Part shown: positions 48,992 through 52,070 of the stretch, one piece after another
How the letters are laid out: every line of letters begins with the position of its first letter
How positions within the stretch are numbered: the stretch's first letter is position 1
Source: Octopus bimaculoides
Lineage: Eukaryota
DNA: 52,070 bases
Assembly: GCF_001194135.2 (NCBI RefSeq)
Contig: NC_068987.1
Location: forward strand, 41,720,163 to 41,772,232
Reading direction: 5' to 3'
Program-made: the position numbers and the translations under genes
The notes under the pieces: model-generated
Databases searched by the model: none
Told to the model about the DNA's origin: nothing
What the model saw: only the letters and a program-made list of their open reading frames with translations

Positions 48992-49946
48992 NNNNNNNNN
49001 NNNNNNNNNNNNNNNNNNNNNNNNNNNNNNNNNNNNNNNNNNNNNNNNNNNNNNNNNNNNNNNNNNNNNNNNNNNNNNNNNNNNNNNNNNNNNNNNNNNN
49101 NNNNNNNNNNNNNNNNNNNNNNNNNNNNNNNNNNNNNNNNNNNNNNNNNNNNNNNNNNNNNNNNNNNNNNNNNNNNNNNNNNNNNNNNNNNNNNNNNNNN
49201 NNNNNNNNNNNNNNNNNNNNNNNNNNNNNNNNNNNNNNNNNNNNNNNNNNNNNNNNNNNNNNNNNNNNNNNNNNNNNNNNNNNNNNNNNNNNNNNNNNNN
49301 NNNNNNNNNNNNNNNNNNNNNNNNNNNNNNNNNNNNNNNNNNNNNNNNNNNNNNNNNNNNNNNNNNNNNNNNNNNNNNNNNNNNNNNNNNNNNNNNNNNN
49401 NNNNNNNNNNNNNNNNNNNNNNNNNNNNNNNNNNNNNNNNNNNNNNNNNNNNNNNNNNNNNNNNNNNNNNNNNNNNNNNNNNNNNNNNNNNNNNNNNNNN
49501 NNNNNNNNNNNNNNNNNNNNNNNNNNNNNNNNNNNNNNNNNNNNNNNNNNNNNNNNNNNNNNNNNNNNNNNNNNNNNNNNNNNNNNNNNNNNNNNNNNNN
49601 NNNNNNNNNNNNNNNNNNNNNNNNNNNNNNNNNNNNNNNNNNNNNNNNNNNNNNNNNNNNNNNNNNNNNNNNNNNNNNNNNNNNNNNNNNNNNNNNNNNN
49701 NNNNNNNNNNNNNNNNNNNNNNNNNNNNNNNNNNNNNNNNNNNNNNNNNNNNNNNNNNNNNNNNNNNNNNNNNNNNNNNNNNNNNNNNNNNNNNNNNNNN
49801 NNNNNNNNNNNNNNNNNNNNNNNNNNNNNNNNNNNNNNNNNNNNNNNNNNNNNNNNNNNNNNNNNNNNNNNNNNNNNNNNNNNNNNNNNNNNNNNNNNNN
49901 NNNNNNNNNNNNNNNNNNNNNNNNNNNNNNNNNNNNNNNNNNNNNN

Positions 49947-50003
<57 letters not shown>

Positions 50004-50867
50004 AATATATATGTGTGTATATATATAAATAAATAAGCATCCAATGGGACAGCATAGCTATATTTAAATTTATATTTGATTTGACAGTCATGAGTGATAT
50101 ATAATAAAAATAAATCATAGTGTATATTTAAAGAAATTGTTATAAAAAAATTCCTTGAATAAGAAATACAAATATAAATTTTATATAAGTTACTTTAATT
50201 TTAAATGGAAAAAAAAATTATTATTAGTTAAAAAGCTTATATTCATTTGTGTGAAATAAGAAGAAGGAATAAAGATAGAAGAATAGTTGTTAATATTACA
50301 GAATCGAGAAAGAAAATACATTCTGTGGTTAAGATTATCGAAAAGATCGTACAGCGATAAAGAAGTGATTTTGAGAGGTTGAATAAAGTAACAATGTAAG
50401 GGAGATAAAGCTAAGATAAATTCATAAAAAAGATCTTTCGAAAAATTGCATGTTTCTATATTTCCATGTTGACTATGTTAAATATTAAAAACTTACAATG
50501 TGAATTGAGAATCTAGCTATGCATAGAAGAAGTAAAATCTGTAGTAATATTTTATAAATAATTTTCTAACTTATATAATGTAATGGTGAATGTGAATGTA
50601 AGAAAATGTATTATTACTATTAAGGAGTGATAGGTGCGAAAAAATAAGTATATTAAAAATACAAGAAGTAATTCATATATATAGATCTAAATGAGAAGAA
50701 TATTATTTCAATATATGTACAAATATAAGGAAAAATCTACGAAATAAGATACAAAGATATGTGTATATATGTATATATGTACACATGTACATATGCAGAT
50801 ATATACACGCAAATATACATCCATATACCTGTGTTTAATAATATGTATAATATATGACATTCTCTGA

Positions 50868-51027
50868 GTGGTTGGCGTTAGGAAGGGCATCCAGCTGTAG
50901 AAACTCTGCCAAATTTAGATTGGAGCCTGGTGTTGCCATCCGGTTTCACCAGTCCTCAGTCAAGTCGTCCAACCCATGCTAGCATGGAAAGCGGACGTTA
51001 AACGATGATGATGATGATGATGATGAT
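50868..51027 (+). mobile_element. Short RTE tail copy with (GAT)n
   Basis: gagtggttggcgttaggaagggcatcc..ggacgttaaacgatgatg. Confidence 0.85.
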
Positions 51028-51331
51028 GTATATGCATAAACTTTATAAGTAAAATATAGAATATAATATATAATATATTAATTAATTGGTGTTAATATAA
51101 AATTGAAAAAAACGTTAGAAGCAATAATAATGATTAATAATAATAATAATAATGAGAAAAAACTGGAAATACTATAAATCCATTTTAGGCGTATAACCCA
51201 AAATAAAAAATAAACTATATCTATGAGAGTGTNNNNNNNNNNNNNNNNNNNNNNNNNNNNNNNNNNNNNNNNNNNNNNNNNNNNNNNNNNNNNNNNNNNN
51301 NNNNNNNNNNNNNNNNNNNNNNNNNNNNNNN

Positions 51332-52070
51332 NGAGAAAAGTTGTATTTAAGAAGCAACAGATGTGGTGTGCAAGAAAGACGACTGTGCTCGTATGGTCAT
51401 GTGTTGCGAATGAATGACAGCTGTGTGAAAAGGTATCACACCCTAGCAGTTGAGGGAACCTGTGGAAGAGGTAGACCCAGGAAAACCTGGGATGAGGTGG
51501 CGAAGCATGACCTTCGAAAATTGGGCCTTACTGAGACAATGACTAGTGACTGAGACCTTTGGAAATATGCTGTGCTTGAGAAGACCCGACAAGCCAAGTG
51601 AAACCATAGCCCATGGCCTATGCTAGTGGGTGTAACCAGCCCACTTATGAATACTCCTCATTCATTGGACAATATACTTTGCTTGCAATGACCTATTGAG
51701 GCAAGTGAAATCAAAATCGCTGACATGGCTGATGACAGTACCGCTTGATTGGCACTCATGTCAGTGGAATGTTAAAAGCACATCTGAGTATGATTGTTGC
51801 AAGGGCCACGGATTGGCACCCGTGCTGGTGGCACGTAAAAAGCACCATTTGAGCATGATCATTGCCAGCGTTGCCTTACTGGCACATGAGAAGCAACATT
51901 TGAGCATGGTCATTGCCAGTGTCACTGGACTGGCTCCCATGCAGGTAGCACGTAAAAAACACTTTTTGAGCATGGTCGTTGCCAGAACCACCTGACTGGC
52001 CCTCGTGTCGGTGGTACATAAAAGCACCCACTACACTCTCGGAGTGGTTGACGTTAGGTAGGGCATCCAG
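51332..52070 (+). mobile_element. 5'-truncated RTE LINE 3' end and UTR
   Basis: RCGVQERRLCSYGHVLRM..GRGRPRKTWDEVAKHDL, followed by a modular UTR. Confidence 0.9.

Noticed and set aside
48908-50118. Long ORFs in the ORF track
   Set aside because: Artefacts of N runs and microsatellites; the same applies to the ORFs spanning gaps at 7840-8528, 21810-22438 and 32785-33447.

Overview
Eukaryotic, AT-rich, repeat-dense genomic DNA with several N gaps. The repeat style suggests an Octopus-like cephalopod (inference). The only host gene is a minus-strand histidyl-tRNA synthetase (HARS). I can place 11 coding exons from 44908 down to the stop codon at 4195 (448 aa); the N-terminal exons are not visible. 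The introns hold RTE-clade LINEs (two near full length), mariner/maT remnants, a pogo-type MITE, SINE clusters, Penelope-like element (PLE) remnants, minisatellites and microsatellites. Most notable: (1) a ~2.1 kb head-to-head inverted pair of PLE copies whose outer ends carry type I hammerhead ribozyme motifs, plus further hammerhead-like motifs elsewhere. All copies in the HARS-sense orientation look damaged, while two opposite-strand copies look near intact. (2) A BovB-like RTE insertion with a 12-bp TSD and a nested double inversion. (3) A GC-AG intron and a duplicated acceptor that could act as a poison splice site in HARS. (4) A perfect 54-bp palindrome. (5) A Helitron-like unit carrying degenerate TTAGGG repeats. 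Repeat boundaries are approximate; exon boundaries were read base by base.
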